A stretch of DNA of 64,000 nucleotides from Blepharisma stoltei ATCC 30299 (Eukaryota; Protista; Ciliophora): positions 1 through 64,000 of the forward strand of contig CBFDEM010000018.1 of NCBI GenBank assembly GCA_965603825.1, given 5' to 3'. The notes below the pieces were generated by a model. That model had not been told where the DNA came from. It ran no database searches and saw only the letters and a list, made by a program, of their open reading frames with translations. Positions 25,601 to 39,785 of this stretch are shown piece by piece. Every line of letters begins with the position of its first letter. Position 1 is the stretch's first letter. The position numbers were made by a program, and so were the translations under genes.

Positions 25601-26789
25601 TATGGTTACAGTTTATCTGAAACGTGTAAAATATATTCAGGGAAATTCATTTATCAATAATGTCAAGCAAGGCCAAAACTATTCAGATGACGAATTTTTT
25701 TTAATTGTGAATGGATTTGGGGTGGGCTATCAAATACTCAATACTACTCTTGCTGGACTTATAGACTGCGAGGTAGATAGGATAAATGATGATGATGTGG
25801 TAGTCATTGTGTTGATTTCGATGGGGATTGCTATATTGGGTACTCTGTCTGCGGTACTGCTAATCTTGATAGTTAATTTTAGTAGGAAATATAACGAAAT
25901 TTGGAATTTCATCAGAAAGCAAGCAATCATTTCTTATATTGAACTTTTTCAAAGCTGCTTTAATAGGCTTTCAACTGTTTTGGATTGTGCTTCAGATCAG
26001 CAAGAGAGAGATTTTCATAAAATAAACAAGGAAAAACTAAGACAGATACGAGAAAAATTTACAAGAAAACTTGCTGCATATTTTCTTCTACTTATCAGTA
26101 CTTCTATAGTTTATTATTTTGTTGTTGGTTATGTACTGTATCCTGCTTGCAAATCAAATCTGATTAAAAGAAATCATCTATTGGAAGCATACTACGTGAG
26201 GGTAAGCCAAATTTCTGAGGCTAGCTATCTTGCAGCTGAGTTGGCTCTTGGAAAAAATAGCCCAGCTCCTCAAATCCTCTATCCGCATTTTGATATGAAA
26301 GATCCATATAAGAGGATCTTTGAAGTTAGAGACAGCTATTATGTATCAGGCCATGTTATTAGTAGTATGAAAAATAGAGAACTTTTTACAAGCAATTTAG
26401 CAATGCTGTTTTTTGAGAAAGTGCCCAACGCAAAAGATGTGATTTTTGATATAGGAACTTATCCTGGAGCTCTTCTATTAGGAGCAGAATACACATACTA
26501 TGGCTATTCCAATTCAGTGAATATTGTTAAGGAGTTAAATAAATTTTTGAGACGAGCATGAATATTGCAAGAGATGATTAGAGCTCGAACTCCAATATTT
26601 GGAAGAGATTCAATGAATTATGTAGATAAGCAAGTAAGCTATGTCAGTTCTTTAACAGCTTTTTATGGGGTATTTTCCTTTCTGTTGTACTGCGCCTTAT
26701 ACTGGCCGGTCATTAGAAAAGAGAGCAATAAATTGCAAAAGCTTTATGAGATTTCTCAGCTTATCCCATCAGCAACAAATAAAAAATAG
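22611..26789 (+). CDS. Large multi-pass membrane protein with central PAS domain (TmcB/TmcC-like), ~1390 aa (TGA=Trp)
   Basis: Eight ORF-track fragments share one frame, joined by 8 TGA; N-terminal TM bundle; IIISAN..FGTIFYANSIAAHIL..IVGSKILTYIPEPYSKNHYKFMRRY PAS-like motif; C-terminal TMs. Confidence 0.88.
25626..25640 (+). other. Candidate 15-nt spliceosomal intron GTAAAATATATTCAG
   Basis: GT..AG, 15 nt, A at position 10; in-frame with no stop, so not forced by the ORF. Confidence 0.7.
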
Positions 26790-27002
26790 CAGATTAAATT
26801 AAAATTTTGTAAATATAAAAACAGTTTAAATTTAACTTGGTAGCTTACGTTATTTTTCTATTAATTATAATTATTAACTATCTATCTATTGATTACCGAA
26901 TCATCATCAAAAACTTTTAGTTTAAAAATTAAATTAAATAATAATGATTTTTGATTTATTGGATCCTAATCATTAGTAGTAGCCTCCCTATTAAATTACA
27001 AA

Positions 27003-27846
27003 ATGAAGGATCATAAAAATTTGATAGGGTATTCAGGTTGCTATTTTTAGTTGGATTTCCCATTTGGACTGGCATATATTTTGGAATCTATTTTCCTCTT
27101 GAAAATCGAAGCTACGAAGACGCTATTTGCAAGATTACAAGCATTGACACATATATAGCTTGTCAACTTTATTACCAAAATAAACTTTTGGTACTTAATT
27201 GATGGAGTTTACTACCCTGGCTATGGTTATGAGTCTAATGTAGCTGATTCTACTGTGTCTGACTATACCGAAGACAATATATATCCTTATTCTTATTCTT
27301 CTTGTATCCAAGACAAAGGTGACTCTAAATGTTTACCTGGACAACTATTTTTACCTAGTCGGTCTTACAGCAAAACTCATGGTGTCCCAAGATTCGTTAT
27401 CGACAACAGTGTCAAATACAGATGGTGACTGCATAGCAAGGATGAAAAAGCCGAGCCCTCAGAACTCAAAAATTTGGGTACCCTAAGAGTAATCTCACAA
27501 ATTCTAGAAGTTTTGTTTAAAGATAAAATTTGCATACCTAAAGACGATTATAGAGCCCTTTGGGCTATTACATTCGGTTTTCTTACTGTCCTGCCAATTC
27601 CCGTCATTATGACTGCTTTCTTATGAGAATTTTGTAAATTCACGCCAGTTAAAAGAACTGAGCTGAAGTATTGAATTGCCAAAGTGACAATGAGAAAAAA
27701 AAGACCAAGCAAGTTTTAAGTAATGAAAGGCCAACTAGAAGGGCTTTATATACGATGAGCCCTTTTCTTCTTGCAGAATTTCGAAGTGAAAAGCTAGAAT
27801 CATTCCCAAAACCTTTGGTGCGCTATTTGCAAACTGTATAGCATAA
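27003..27846 (+). pseudogene. Frameshifted copy of the two-TM gene at 56445-57296
   Basis: Colinear with the reverse complement of 56445-57296, with several 1-nt indels (e.g. ~27037, ~27198, ~27499). Confidence 0.85.
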
Positions 27847-28139
27847 TGCTTGGGCCTATGAAGAATACAATTAGAGGCTTTTAATTATTTATCGTCATTT
27901 TTGAGAAACTAGATGATTGATTTTTATGCTTACTTGATTAGTAGAGGGGGTATTTTATTTGTAATTACTTAAAATTCTGCTGTAAATTGAGTGCAAACAT
28001 TTTTGCAGGCATAATATGTCTACTTGGCCCTAATTAAAAAATACTTATTTACTTTCATTCCTAAAGTCTCCATAAGCATTTATAAAAATGCAGCATGATT
28101 AAAGAGCAAGAATTTAACAACAAATTTTATTAAAAGTTT

Positions 28140-28921
28140 TTAATTTTCAGTCTCCTTTTTGAGGAGAAGAACTTTGATCATGTCCCATGTATCATTGGCC
28201 CTAGTTTCGATTCCTATGATAATTTTATTTAGAGTTTGGACTTCGCTTTTGATACCTTGGATATTGTCATTGATTTCTTTATAAAGCCCTTTTATTTCTG
28301 CTTTAAACTGAATCTGATCGTTTTTCATGCCATCAAATGACTTTTGAATTTCTAGTTTAAACTGAATCTGATCGTTTTTCATGCTATCAATTGACTTTTG
28401 GATTTCTGATTTAAACTGAATCTGGTCGTTTTTAGCACCATCAATTGACTTTTGGATTTCTGATTTAAACTGAATCAGATCGTTTTTCATGCCATCAATT
28501 GACTTTTGGATTTCTGTTTGAAACTGAATTTGATCGTTTTTCATGCCATCAATTGACTTTTGGATTTCTGTTTGAAACTGAATTTGATCGTTAATTGCCT
28601 CTTTGATTTCTTTTTTAAAATTTTTACTTCTGCCTAGATATATTGTTTAGAATAAAATATTCTTGTTTATTTCTTTTAAAAATAGAGAGGCTTAATTTTT
28701 TGTGGTTATTTTTGGAGTGGGAAGTCATTAATCCAATGTGAGCACCACAGAATACCGCTTAAACCTATCCCCTTCATAATGATATCAAGTATGCGATTTA
28801 AATTTTTCTGATTTCAAGCAGAGTTGTTGCTACTTTGAAAATGAAGATTAGCAACGGGTATTGCTGGAAGACTCTGGATTGTCCTAACGGTGCGTCTTGC
28901 AATCTCAGCTAGTTTAAGCAT
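28140..28921 (-). pseudogene. Coiled-coil 18-aa-repeat gene (paralog of 55445-56167), interrupted after its TM segment
   Basis: MLKLAEIARRTVRTIQSLPA..MKGIGLSGILWCSHW, then ~90 nt AT-rich sequence with an in-frame TAA, then intact repeats (NDQIQFKSEIQKSIDGMK)n and IETRANDTWDMIKVLL. Confidence 0.75.
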
Positions 28922-29074
28922 AATTATATAATAATTATTTATTTTTATATATTAACACTTGATCCTATATAAAAAATACTCATTCACTTTAATTCCTAAA
29001 AGCTCCATAAGCATTTATAAAAATGCAACATGATTAAATAGCAAGAATTTGACGACAAACTTTATTAAAGGCTT

Positions 29075-30310
29075 ATTACTTTTGAGGCCCCTTTTTGAGG
29101 AGAAGAATTTGTACCATGTCCCATGTATCATTGGTCCTGGTTTCGATTTCTATAATTTTTTTATGAGAATTTGGACCTCAATTCAGATAGATTGGAGATT
29201 ATCTTTGATTTATTTATTAAGCTTAATCTGTTGAGCATAGAAATCTTCAATTAGCTCTTTGATTTCTCTTTTAAACTCAATATGATCGTTTTTCATGCCT
29301 TGAATTAACTCTTTGATTTCTGCTTTAAACCCAATCTGATTGTTTTTTATGCCTTGATTTGGCTCTTTGATTTCTGCTTTAAACTCAGTCTGATCGTTTC
29401 TGTCTTCTGTATTAAGCTTATTCTGCTGAGGATTGAAATCTTGACATATCTCTTTGATTTCTGCTGCTAATTTTCGGAGGTCTCTCTTATAAAGCAGGCA
29501 TCAGCCAACAAAAAAGCCGCTTCAAATATGACTAGAGTTCCGTCTAAATGAAATTGTGACCCTATAATGCTATCAGTTGATGGCCTTCGAAATAGGAATT
29601 GTGGCTAGAACAATAAGGATTAAAAAATAAATCCAGATTATTTTGAAAATATCTTTATTTCTCTTTAACTCACTTTTATTGTTTCTTTCTTTGAAGGATA
29701 AAATTTTTCGGCTCAACACATTGTCAAATGTTATGATGCCGAATATCGTATGGAGTCAAAATATAAGAATTATCCCTAGATACATCTCATATTCCATTAA
29801 AGCACACAAAATCTTTCATAAATAAAATCCTATTAGATTTATCCAATATATTTGAGCTATCATATTAAAGACTTTCATAATCTCTGTTAAAATTTCTATA
29901 TGTATATACTCTTTTAAGGCAAACTTTAATGTAAATAAAGCTTCCAATAAGTATCAAAATTGTGTAGAAGACTAATAAATAGTCAAAGAAACAAATATCC
30001 ACAAAATCATACTCATATCTTCAATTATTTATTATAAAAACCCCTAATGCAACTGCATATAATAATAAATACCAGCTACTCTCAATAAAAAAGAAACTGA
30101 GAGCATTTGATATTCCAATCATTTGTGGAATTCAGCTATACTGCAATTTCAATTGCTTTTCACTCGTAATAAAGCAAAGAATTCCTGAAGAATAAAATCA
30201 TATTTCATTTCATATCAAAACATTGTTTTCCGCTTACATCAATTGCATCAAGTTTTTGAAAAATAAAGCTATCTAAAACCAAAAGTGCAAAATGAAATAC
30301 CCATAAAATG
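29075..30310 (-). pseudogene. Chimeric remnant: deleted copy of the multi-TM gene joined to a third coiled-coil repeat 3' end
   Basis: 29546-30541 matches 31056-32209 with an internal deletion; 29075-29470 encodes DQTEFKAEIKE repeats and TRTNDTWDMV with stops and frameshifts. Confidence 0.7.
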
Positions 30311-30890
30311 ATCATATTAATAAATGTATAAATTCATTTTTTGTAAGAAAACTAGCTTACTGGCAAATGAAAAAGAGTACTTTCAAATAAAATTAACTCA
30401 AAATGTTAAAGTGTTGTGATAAAACAGCTTATAACTTTGAGAGATCTTCACCTTCTCTCATAATAAAATGGCATTTCAGTATAGTGGAGGAGGAAATCTT
30501 TTAGATGAGTAAAACAATCCCAATAACTCTAAAAAATTCAAAAAGCTAAGCATAATTATATAAAATGGGCTCTTATAAAAAATCTAAGCTTAATTTGAGC
30601 GGAAAATAATTGTGCAAATTTTGATTATGAGACTTCAGAACGAACTAAGCCCGATCTTTTCCGTTTCCCGAAAGCTATTTTCTTCTTTGAGATAAAGAGC
30701 AAATCGATTGGAAGAATGCTTTTTTGAAAATAAAACCTTGAGTCAGAAAATAAATTCTTTTAAAGAACCTGGATGATTTAGAACCAAACTTTTTATTTTA
30801 AAAATTCAAATATCTGTAGCAAAAAAATAGGGTATTTATTTCTGCTTTTAAAGCTTTAAAGTTAATAATTTATTGGTTTAATTCTTTCTC

Positions 30891-31970
30891 CTAATCGAAA
30901 AACATGCCTAATACTTTCATCCCTAAAAACCCATAGACCATTATTCCATAAATATTTTTAAAAAAACATTCTGGAGACTGGTCCACATAAGCATCTGGAA
31001 ATTCCAAGAAAAAACCTATTTGCCAAACTCATGAAACATAAAATAAATCGTCTAATATGAAATTTGTAGACCCTATAATGAATATAGTTATGGCCTTCGA
31101 AGTAGGAATAGTGGCAAGAAAAATAAAGATTATAAAATAAATCCAGATTATTTTGAAAATATCTTTATTTCTCTTTAACTCACTTTTATTGTTTCTTTCT
31201 CTGAATGATAAAGCTTTTCGATCCAACACATCGATAAATGTTATGATGCCGAATATCGTGTGGAGTCAAAATATAAGAACTATCCCTAGATACATCTCAT
31301 ATTCCATTAAAACACACAAAATCTTTCATAAATAAAATCCTATCAAATTTATCCAATATATTTGAGCTATTATATTAAAGACTTTCATAATTTCTGTTAA
31401 AATTTCTATATGTATATACTCTATTAAGGCAAACTTTAATGTAATAAAGCTTCCAATAAGTATCAAAATTGTGTAGAAGACTAATAAATAGTCAAAGAAA
31501 CAAATATCCACAAAATCATACTCATATCTTCAATTATTTATTATAAAAACCCCTAATGCAACTGCATATAATAATAAATACCAGCTACTCTCAATAAAAA
31601 AGAAACTAAGAGCATTTGATATCCCAATCATTTGTGGAATTCAGCTATACTGCAATTTCAATTGCTTTTCACTCATAATAAAGCAAAGAGTTCCTGAAAC
31701 ATAAAATCATATTTCATTTCATATCAAAGCATTGTTCATGTTAGAACTAAACAATTCATATGAATGAGCATAAAATTTTCTGAAAAACTCAAATAAGAAA
31801 TCAGCATTGTCATCTAAGTATTTCCCTAATAAAATTAAAATTGAGTTGGCTGCAAACGATTGCAAAATAATATAATATCCTTTTCCTCTTGCATCAGCTA
31901 TGTCAATCTTTTTAAAGATAAAGCTGCCTAAAACCAAAAGTGCAAAATGAAATACCCATAAAATGAACAT
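30891..31970 (-). CDS. Hypothetical polytopic membrane protein, ~359 aa (TGA=Trp)
   Basis: ORFs 31719, 31326 and 31029 share one frame, joined by TGA, ending at TAG 30891; many hydrophobic segments; start uncertain. Confidence 0.7.
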
Positions 31971-32306
31971 ATTTATAAACGCACAAGTTCATTTTTTGCA
32001 ATAAAATCTTTCTAGAACTAGCCTACTGACAAATGAAAAAGAGAACTTTCGAATAAAATTAACTCAAAATGTTCAAGTGTTCTGATCAAAAACAGCTTAT
32101 AACTTTGAGAGATCTTTACCTTCTCTCATAATAAAATGGCATTTCAGTATGGTGGAGGAGGAAATCTTTTAGATGAGTGAAACAGTCCCAATAACCCCAA
32201 AAAATTCAAACAGCCAGATTTGAAATATTTTATGTAAAACTTATATAGAAATTGCTCGAATCAAAGGCTTTACTTAGTAAAAAGAGGAAATGGGCTGATA
32301 GATACA

Positions 32307-33356
32307 ATGATATCTCAAAAAGAGAGTATTGAAAAACTAAAAGAAGTTAAAAGCCTGAAAGCTATAAAGGCTCAAAACCTCAAAAAGAAAAGATATAAAG
32401 CTTCTCTTGAATCCATCAGAGATATCAGGAAGAATCACGAAAATGGTTCTAGCGTCAGAGATTTTTCAGACGTTTACCTAGAAACTGACTCAGAGAAATC
32501 CTTCGAATCCAAAAGCTCACACTTACACACATTTTCAGCAACAAATTTAAGCCCGAAAAAAATTCCCTTCTTCGATGAGAACTTGAAATTAAGCGCCGAA
32601 CTGGTCGAATACTTTGAAAACCCTAGCTTTGACAAAACTCTTGAGCAAAAAAAGCTCGATAATTTAGTTGAATATTTTCAAGTAAAACTTATATAGGAAA
32701 GATATAAATTAATATCCCGAGAACTGAAAGAAAATGAGTACAGAAAAATGATCACAAAAAAGATTAAAAAATTAGTTAAAAAATTCTTCAAAAAAAAGCC
32801 TGAAAATAATAAAAATCTCGCAAGATTTAATACCAAGAGGAGAGGAGGAATAAATAAACAAGTAATGCCTATTTAGACCTTCCAATTTACAATGCAAAAA
32901 AAAATGAATGAAATTGATGAAAAAATTCAAAGGCATATAGAATTACTAATAGCTGAAGAAGCTACGAGAAAAGAACAGATGAATCAGCTGCCTTCGTTCC
33001 CGTCTAGATCTAAAAGTCCAGAGAAAAAGCAAGTCGAAAAAAGCTTAAGGCGGTATTTGGATCTTGAGTGCAGCACCATGGATAAAGATGCAGATAAAGA
33101 TATGGAAACTGAAAAGAGCCAAATTAAAATGAAGCTAGGGATTGATAAAGTATTAGCTGAAGCACGAAAACAAAGAATATTTAAAAGTCTTGACGCTAAA
33201 GCCAATGGGATGTCCTTCAATTTAGAACGTGGTGAGTGGATGCCAAATCTGAATAAATGCAATTCTATAAATGGATTGAAAAAGATGAAAAAAAATACGA
33301 AAAATACTTTATCGCAAATAATCGAAATGGGAAAATTACGATTTCAAGGGAAATAA
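32307..33356 (+). CDS. Hypothetical Lys-rich coiled-coil protein with two 15-nt introns
   Basis: Removing 32682-32696 and 32862-32876, each ending in an in-frame TAG, gives one continuous ORF. Confidence 0.85.
32682..32696 (+). other. 15-nt intron GTAAAACTTATATAG
   Basis: GT..AG, A at position 10, removes an in-frame stop. Confidence 0.9.
32862..32876 (+). other. 15-nt intron GTAATGCCTATTTAG
   Basis: GT..AG, A at position 10, removes an in-frame stop. Confidence 0.9.
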
Positions 33357-34719
33357 TTAGAATTTCTTCAAAAAAATTTTGAAAACCGTTTAAATTACTA
33401 ATTTAATGACACTAAATGATTTCTTTAAAGAGCTTTATTAATTTTCAGAAATCTTAAAATATCTGATTCTTTATAATTATAGACAGGTTTCTATAAAACT
33501 TAGAAGAACTATGCTATTATATAAAACTATTGAGAAATCCAATGTTTTATTCTCCTTAGAATTAAAAATTGGAAATAAAAGCCAAAAGTGTTCAAAGTAA
33601 AATTTCTTTCAGAAGAAAATAATGATGGTGGGTTAGCTAAAGCAGCGGCACATGCCCACCCTGCAAAATATAAGAATTCTTTAAAAACTCAAAAATCAGG
33701 TCATATATCATCAATAAAATAATAAGCTAAAAATAAAGAAGAACACAAATAAATTGCAAAGCTATATACTTCTATAAGTTTTGCTTCAATTTCTTTGATC
33801 TCATATTTTTGTAATATAAGCTTCTTAAAATTATCAGGACATTCAGATAACAAAAAAAAATTCGATTTAAGAAACCAAAAAAATTCTCTAACCACGCAAA
33901 TTTCAAAAAAAACAGAGTACACAACGTAGAAAAATGGGAAAAATGATTCTTCTCAATTATTTAATCCGCACCAGAAGCAAAAAAATATTTCAGAATAAGC
34001 AATGTAAATGACTGACAAATAATTAGATGTGCCTGATGCAATATCGATCCTTTTGTATCCAAATTCTTCTATATGACTTATAAAAATTAAACTAGTGATA
34101 GATCATAATACACTTCCACTGAGTTTTTTAATTATTGGCTTGAGTAAGATGTAAACTGCTGCATTTAGATTTGCTATGGACAATGAAATGTTATAGTTGT
34201 ATGGGAGACTACAGATATGATACAGACATTTATAAATAATTGATAGCGCATACAGAGTATAGCATAATGAGACAAAATTGTCATCAGATATTAATTTCAA
34301 AAGACTTTGGCTGTTCATTTCATAAATAATCGGGCATGAGTGATAGCTAAGTAAACACAAAAATCACTCAATCACATAATAGAACAGAAAAATTGGCAGA
34401 AAGTTGATTGGGAATAGAGAGAAAATTGCTCACTTATATTTTGAAATATTATGCCTTTCTATATATTGTCCAAATAGTAAGGCAGCGACTAAAGCAATTG
34501 AGATGGCAAAAAATGTAATATCTCACATATTTATTTCAAATAATTATTACTACAAAGAACTTTTAAATTCTCCTCCGTTAATATATCAATAATTACATAT
34601 TAAGGCTTTATAATCATAATATAAAGCTTATTGAAAAACTTCAGAAATATATTGCAAAATTAAGGCTTTTAGAAGCCACTTAATATTACTAAACACAAAT
34701 TATTAGAAGATATGGATTA

Positions 34720-37227
34720 TTAAAGTTTATCCAAGAATCTATCGAGAGGTGGAATTGGTCCTTCCATTCCTTTTCTTACTCTAATTGCATTAACAATTTC
34801 ACTGGACTTGGTGCTAGGGTCAAGAGGATCTCCACTTACAAGTGCCCAGTGGTCGAACACACATTGAGGGAAGGCTTGTCCTGAAGTCTGAGATCTCAAG
34901 TGAGCAGTGAACCCGAAACTTTCAGCGACTGGCAAGTAGCATTTAACCATAGTAAGAGGAGTACCAGAAACTGGCTCTTCAGTGTTAACAATACCTCTTC
35001 TAGAGTTCAAGCATTGATAGACACCTCCAATAACTTCAGTTGGGCATTGAATTTCGACTAAGAACATTGGCTCTTGTAGCACTGGTTGGGCAGTCAAATA
35101 GGCAGCATAGTAAACTCTTCTGGCAGTTGGGACAATTTGTCCACCACCTCTGTGGATGGCATCAGTGTGGAGATAGGCGTCCAAAATGTTCATTCTGATG
35201 CCTCTCATGTTTTCTCCTGACATACATCCTTCCTTGGTAGCCCATTGGAAACCAGCTTCCATGGAGTCTTTGATTTCGTTCATGTATTGGATACCTTTGG
35301 TGGCGTCGACCAAGATATTGGCTCCAGTGGTTTCTGGACCGAAACACCAGATCTTTTTGGCGTCGTTGGAGTCCCAGCCATATTTGTCTTGGAGGAGCTT
35401 AGCTCTCATCTTTGGCTCAGTGTTAGGGGCAATGTCACCTTTTTCGACATCTTCAGCGAGGCCGCTGGCGAATGGCTCAGCAGTGACGTAGAGCCTGTTG
35501 TGTTTGTTAGGGGACTTGGACATACAGACTTGGTTAGAAGTGGCTTGGACAGTTTCTTTGTAAGTGACGACTGGGTCAGTCTTGATGATTTCAATGCCAG
35601 CGAAGTCAGTCAAATCATTTAAGCAGATTTCGACGTGGAGTTCTCCGCAGCCTGCAATAATGTGTTCTCCAGTTTCTTCTGAGCTACATTGGACAAGAGG
35701 GTCACTCTTGGACAGCTTCTTGAGGCCGTCTACAAGTTTTGGTAAATCAGCAGCGTTCTTTGGTTTGACGGCTACTCTGACGACAGGGCTGACTGAGTAT
35801 TTCATGTTTCTTAAGGTGTGGGCTTCTTCGTGGGTTGAGATGGTACCGGTTTTAAGGAGGAACTGATCGACTCCGACAAGTCCGACGGTGTTTCCACAAG
35901 GAACGTCTGGGATGTGTTCAGTGGTTCTTCCCATCATAAGGACAGTTCTTTGGATAGATTTGAGGTAAAGATCGTCTTTCTTGCCTGGGTGGAAGTTAGG
36001 CCCCATAATTCTGACTTTTTGGCCAGTTGAGACTGTTCCTGAGAAAACTCTTCCGAAGGCGACAAATCTGCCTTTATCAGTTGACGGAACCATTTTAGAG
36101 ATGTAAATCATAAGTGGTCCATTAGGGTCACAGTTTCTAATAGCAGTGGCGCACTCGTCATCAAGAGGGCCTTCGTATAAGTAGTCGACTCTGTATCTCT
36201 GCGCGACTTTTGGTGATGGGAGGTGGAGGACAATCATTTCTAACAAACAGTCAGCGGCATTGATCCATTTCATCATGACCTTCTTTAAGAGCTTCTTTTC
36301 TCTCAAATCTCTGTCTTCAGTCTTAAGCTCAACTCCAAGGTGGACAAGCATCTTGTCGACAGCTTCCATATTGCCTTCCATGATGTTTCTGGCCAATCTT
36401 TGTATTGGTTCAATGACAAAAGCATTGAAAGCTCTCTTAAGTGGCTTTCCGGTGTCTGAAAGGTTAGTCTTTTTCCATTTCTTGGACTCGGCATCGAAGT
36501 AGTTTTCACCCCATAATCTTTTCATCATTTTGTTAGGGTCAATACCGAACTTGCTAGCATACATGTGGGCGAACCTCTTTAAGGTGAAAGCCCAGCCCAT
36601 CAGTCCTGAGCCGAAAGCGACGTTGCCTTTGGTTGGGTCGACTTGGAGGTCTCCCATAGTTCCGTCGTCGTAGGTGGCAATGATGGAGTTAACTTTTTCA
36701 ATAGTTCTTGAGAAGCCTTGGAACATGGACTCTGGGTCAAGCTGGAGTTCCAGGAGGTTTCTGTCGACCTTGTTGATCATAAGAGCTGGCTTGATCTTTT
36801 CTTGTAAGGCCTGTCTGAGGACTGTCTCTGTCTGAACGCAGACACCTTCAACGCAGTCAACAACCACGAGGGCTCCGTCAGTTACTCTGAGGGCAGCAGT
36901 GACTTCTGAGGAGAAATCGACGTGGCCAGGGGAGTCGATTAAGTTGATAAGGAAATTGTTTTCTCTGCCTGAGCCGTCAGCGTCGTATGGGTAGTAAAGA
37001 GAGACTCCAGTGGATTTGATGGTAATACCTCTCTCCATTTCGTCTTGACGAGTGTCTGTGTATCTGGCGTCTCCAACCTTGGATTCTGCGATGATTCCTG
37101 CCTTGCCAATCAGGGAGTCAGTGAGTGTTGACTTGCCGTGGTCGACGTGAGCAATGACGGACATGTTCCTGATGTTCTCTTGCCTGTCCATGATTTCTCT
37201 GATCTGCTCCACTGTGAAGTTAACCAT
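34720..37227 (-). CDS. EEF2: Eukaryotic translation elongation factor 2
   Basis: [46 protein letters not shown], diphthamide loop [12 protein letters not shown]. Confidence 0.99.
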   Translation of the reverse strand: MVNFTVEQIREIMDRQENIRNMSVIAHVDHGKSTLTDSLIGKAGIIAESKVGDARYTDTRQDEMERGITIKSTGVSLYYPYDADGSGRENNFLINLIDSPGHVDFSSEVTAALRVTDGALVVVDCVEGVCVQTETVLRQALQEKIKPALMINKVDRNLLELQLDPESMFQGFSRTIEKVNSIIATYDDGTMGDLQVDPTKGNVAFGSGLMGWAFTLKRFAHMYASKFGIDPNKMMKRLWGENYFDAESKKWKKTNLSDTGKPLKRAFNAFVIEPIQRLARNIMEGNMEAVDKMLVHLGVELKTEDRDLREKKLLKKVMMKWINAADCLLEMIVLHLPSPKVAQRYRVDYLYEGPLDDECATAIRNCDPNGPLMIYISKMVPSTDKGRFVAFGRVFSGTVSTGQKVRIMGPNFHPGKKDDLYLKSIQRTVLMMGRTTEHIPDVPCGNTVGLVGVDQFLLKTGTISTHEEAHTLRNMKYSVSPVVRVAVKPKNAADLPKLVDGLKKLSKSDPLVQCSSEETGEHIIAGCGELHVEICLNDLTDFAGIEIIKTDPVVTYKETVQATSNQVCMSKSPNKHNRLYVTAEPFASGLAEDVEKGDIAPNTEPKMRAKLLQDKYGWDSNDAKKIWCFGPETTGANILVDATKGIQYMNEIKDSMEAGFQWATKEGCMSGENMRGIRMNILDAYLHTDAIHRGGGQIVPTARRVYYAAYLTAQPVLQEPMFLVEIQCPTEVIGGVYQCLNSRRGIVNTEEPVSGTPLTMVKCYLPVAESFGFTAHLRSQTSGQAFPQCVFDHWALVSGDPLDPSTKSSEIVNAIRVRKGMEGPIPPLDRFLDKL

Positions 37228-38295
37228 TCACTATTTTATTATATTGAGAGATAATGGCCGCAGATAAGACAATATTCAAGCCAATATGGAGGTGCTCAGA
37301 TGTGTAAAGAGAGATCAGATGCTGTCAGGGATCATAAGTAGAAGGTGTCAAACCATGGGGAACGAAAACTAAAAAAATTCTGGGAAACTGAGGAGGCTAA
37401 GGATTTTCAAGAGGGATTTCTGGCCATGAGGCCGCAGAATTGAAAGATAAATTAAGATTAATAAGCAAGATCATGCTTAAAGCAAGCAGAGAGTGAAGAA
37501 ATAATGCTGATGCGATTTTGAAGGATAACTGTTCTTAAGTGCAAGCCTTGGATGTATTTTTGAGAGCAAAAATAGGGTTGATATTTTATGGAGTGATAGA
37601 AAAAGAAGAGAGTATGGTAAGATTTGAAAATCTTTTTAAATTTAAAAACTAAATTGTTTTTAAAATACATGAAATTCATTATTAAACTGATTCCGGTCTA
37701 ATCTCGTCAATTTTTTAAATTTAGTTGATTTGTGGAGTAGCCCCAAAATGTGAGATTACGATAAGATAAATAAAACGTAGATATTCATATAACCTGGCAA
37801 AAATGGGAGTAGATCTTTAGGGAAAAAAAATTTAAATTCGAATTAAAATATTAGGCTTGTCCTTTTAACCATGACAAAATTAATTTTGTTTATTCATTTT
37901 GCAATAATTATAAGAAAAGTAATTTTTGAAAGTTTTATATATAAATACTAATACGTTGAAATTATTTGATTTTGCTTATTATTTAAGCAGCAATTATATA
38001 GTTTCAAAAAGTTCTGATTTTTTCCTAAAATTATTAATAAATAAAATCTGCTTTTTAATTCCTCATAAATTTTAACTTCTTAAGCCGCAATTTATAAATT
38101 CAATTATCCTATCTATTTAACAAATCTCAATAAATTCAAAAATCACACCCTTTTTATTTAACTTTATTCGAACTGGCTGCGTTTTAAACTGATAAAGCTA
38201 ACAAAAATATAAATATTAAGAGAGAATTACTTAAAATAAAATTCTTTAAAAAATGCTTCTATTAATAATATTTTGAATTGATTTGCTGTACTGAC

Positions 38296-38730
38296 TTAAA
38301 AATTTGAACCAAGTCGACTGTTATTTTGCATAATTTTCCTCTCTTCAGAGATGCTAGGAAGCTGATGTGGACTAGCTTCACCGCAAGCACTTGCTTTTTT
38401 CTCTAAATCCATTTGAAAATCAATCGGCTCGAGCTGAACATATCCGTTTTCTATGGAAAAAGGTAGTTGAGCATGAGCAGATAATTGAGAAAGCTGTCTG
38501 TATTTTTTGTTGCACCCTGGTACCCTGCACGCATAAGGCTTCTCACCTGTGTGAATAAATCTATGCTCGATAAGATTTTGCTTACTAACAAGCTGCTTGT
38601 TGCATATATTACAGACAAAAGCTCGTAAAAATAGATGCCTTGTATTTATATGGCGTTTTAGGTTGTATTTGCTTCTGAATTCGCGAGCACACCAAGAATA
38701 ATAGCAGGTAAATTTGATATTTTCTTCCAT
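38296..38730 (-). CDS. C2H2 zinc-finger protein, damaged duplicate
   Basis: Three fingers and an HTGEKPY linker; a 12-nt deletion removes RKVH (second His of finger 3); a 1-nt deletion truncates the tail. Confidence 0.8.
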   Translation of the reverse strand: MEENIKFTCYYSWCAREFRSKYNLKRHINTRHLFLRAFVCNICNKQLVSKQNLIEHRFIHTGEKPYACRVPGCNKKYRQLSQLSAHAQLPFSIENGYVQLEPIDFQMDLEKKASACGEASPHQLPSISEERKIMQNNSRLGSNF

Positions 38731-39785
38731 TTTAAAGTTACTGAGAAGTAACATTTTCATTTTTTTCTGTTTAATTAGATTAATGCATAAAAAAGGCGAA
38801 AATCGGAAAACTGACAGCACTGGTTTTTGAGTATTAAAAAGTGGGATGCAAAAATAATAGAGTTTTTATAGATCTTTCTTTACCTAGAGTTTGGGAGATA
38901 AAGTAAACGTCGTAAAGAAAATATTTATAATATTAAAAAGAAAAAGAGAGCTGATTCTGATGATAAATTTCTGAAAAAGAAATTGAAAGGAATGAAAATT
39001 AGGAGTACTTAGAGGGTTAGGAAGATGAATTTTACAATAATAAAATTCTGATTAGATTTGCTGGGTTTTTTTACATGTTTAATAGATTTCATATCTTTTT
39101 TATATTAATATGAAAATATTAAGAAACAGTTTTTACTGTATTTCTGTTTTTAATTTATGTTGTGTTTAAGTAGAATATTTTTATGTGGATTTCCTAAAGC
39201 TTTAGCTGCATATTTCCGCCATGAGCTTAACAATAGAATCTCGAAAAATTCCTCCTTTATTTTAATTGGTTTTTTAAGGTCAAACTCAACTCGTTTTGCT
39301 AGAATGATGCTTTAAAATTGATAAAAAATTCTTTACAAAAATAAATTAGATTCGAATTAAAATATTAGGCTTGTACTTTTAGCCATAACAAAATTAATTT
39401 GTTTATTCATTTTGTAATAATTATAAGAAAAGTAATTTTTGAAAGTTTTATATATAAATACTAATACGTTGAAATTATTTGATTTTGCTTATTATTTAAG
39501 CAACAATTATATAGTTTCAAAAAGTTCTGATTTTTTCCTAAAATTATTAATAAATAAAATCTGCTTTTTAATTCCTCATAAATTTTAACTTCTTAAGCCG
39601 CAATTTATAAATTCAATTATCCTATCTATGTAGCAAATCTCAATAAATTCAAAAATCACACCCTTTTTATTTAACTTTATTCGCACTGGCTGCGTTTTAA
39701 ACTGATAAAGCTAACAAAAATATAAATATTAAGAGAGAATTACTGAAAATGAAATTCTTTAAAAAATACTTCTATTAATGATATT

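Noticed and set aside
33622-33664. GGTGGG..CCCACC hairpin after ATGATG as snoRNA or SECIS
   Set aside because: Short stem only, with no matching D box or SECIS core nearby
35162-36509. Antisense and alternate-frame ORFs over eEF2 (likewise over HSP70, PP1 and aldolase)
   Set aside because: Shadow ORFs of GC-richer, codon-biased genes
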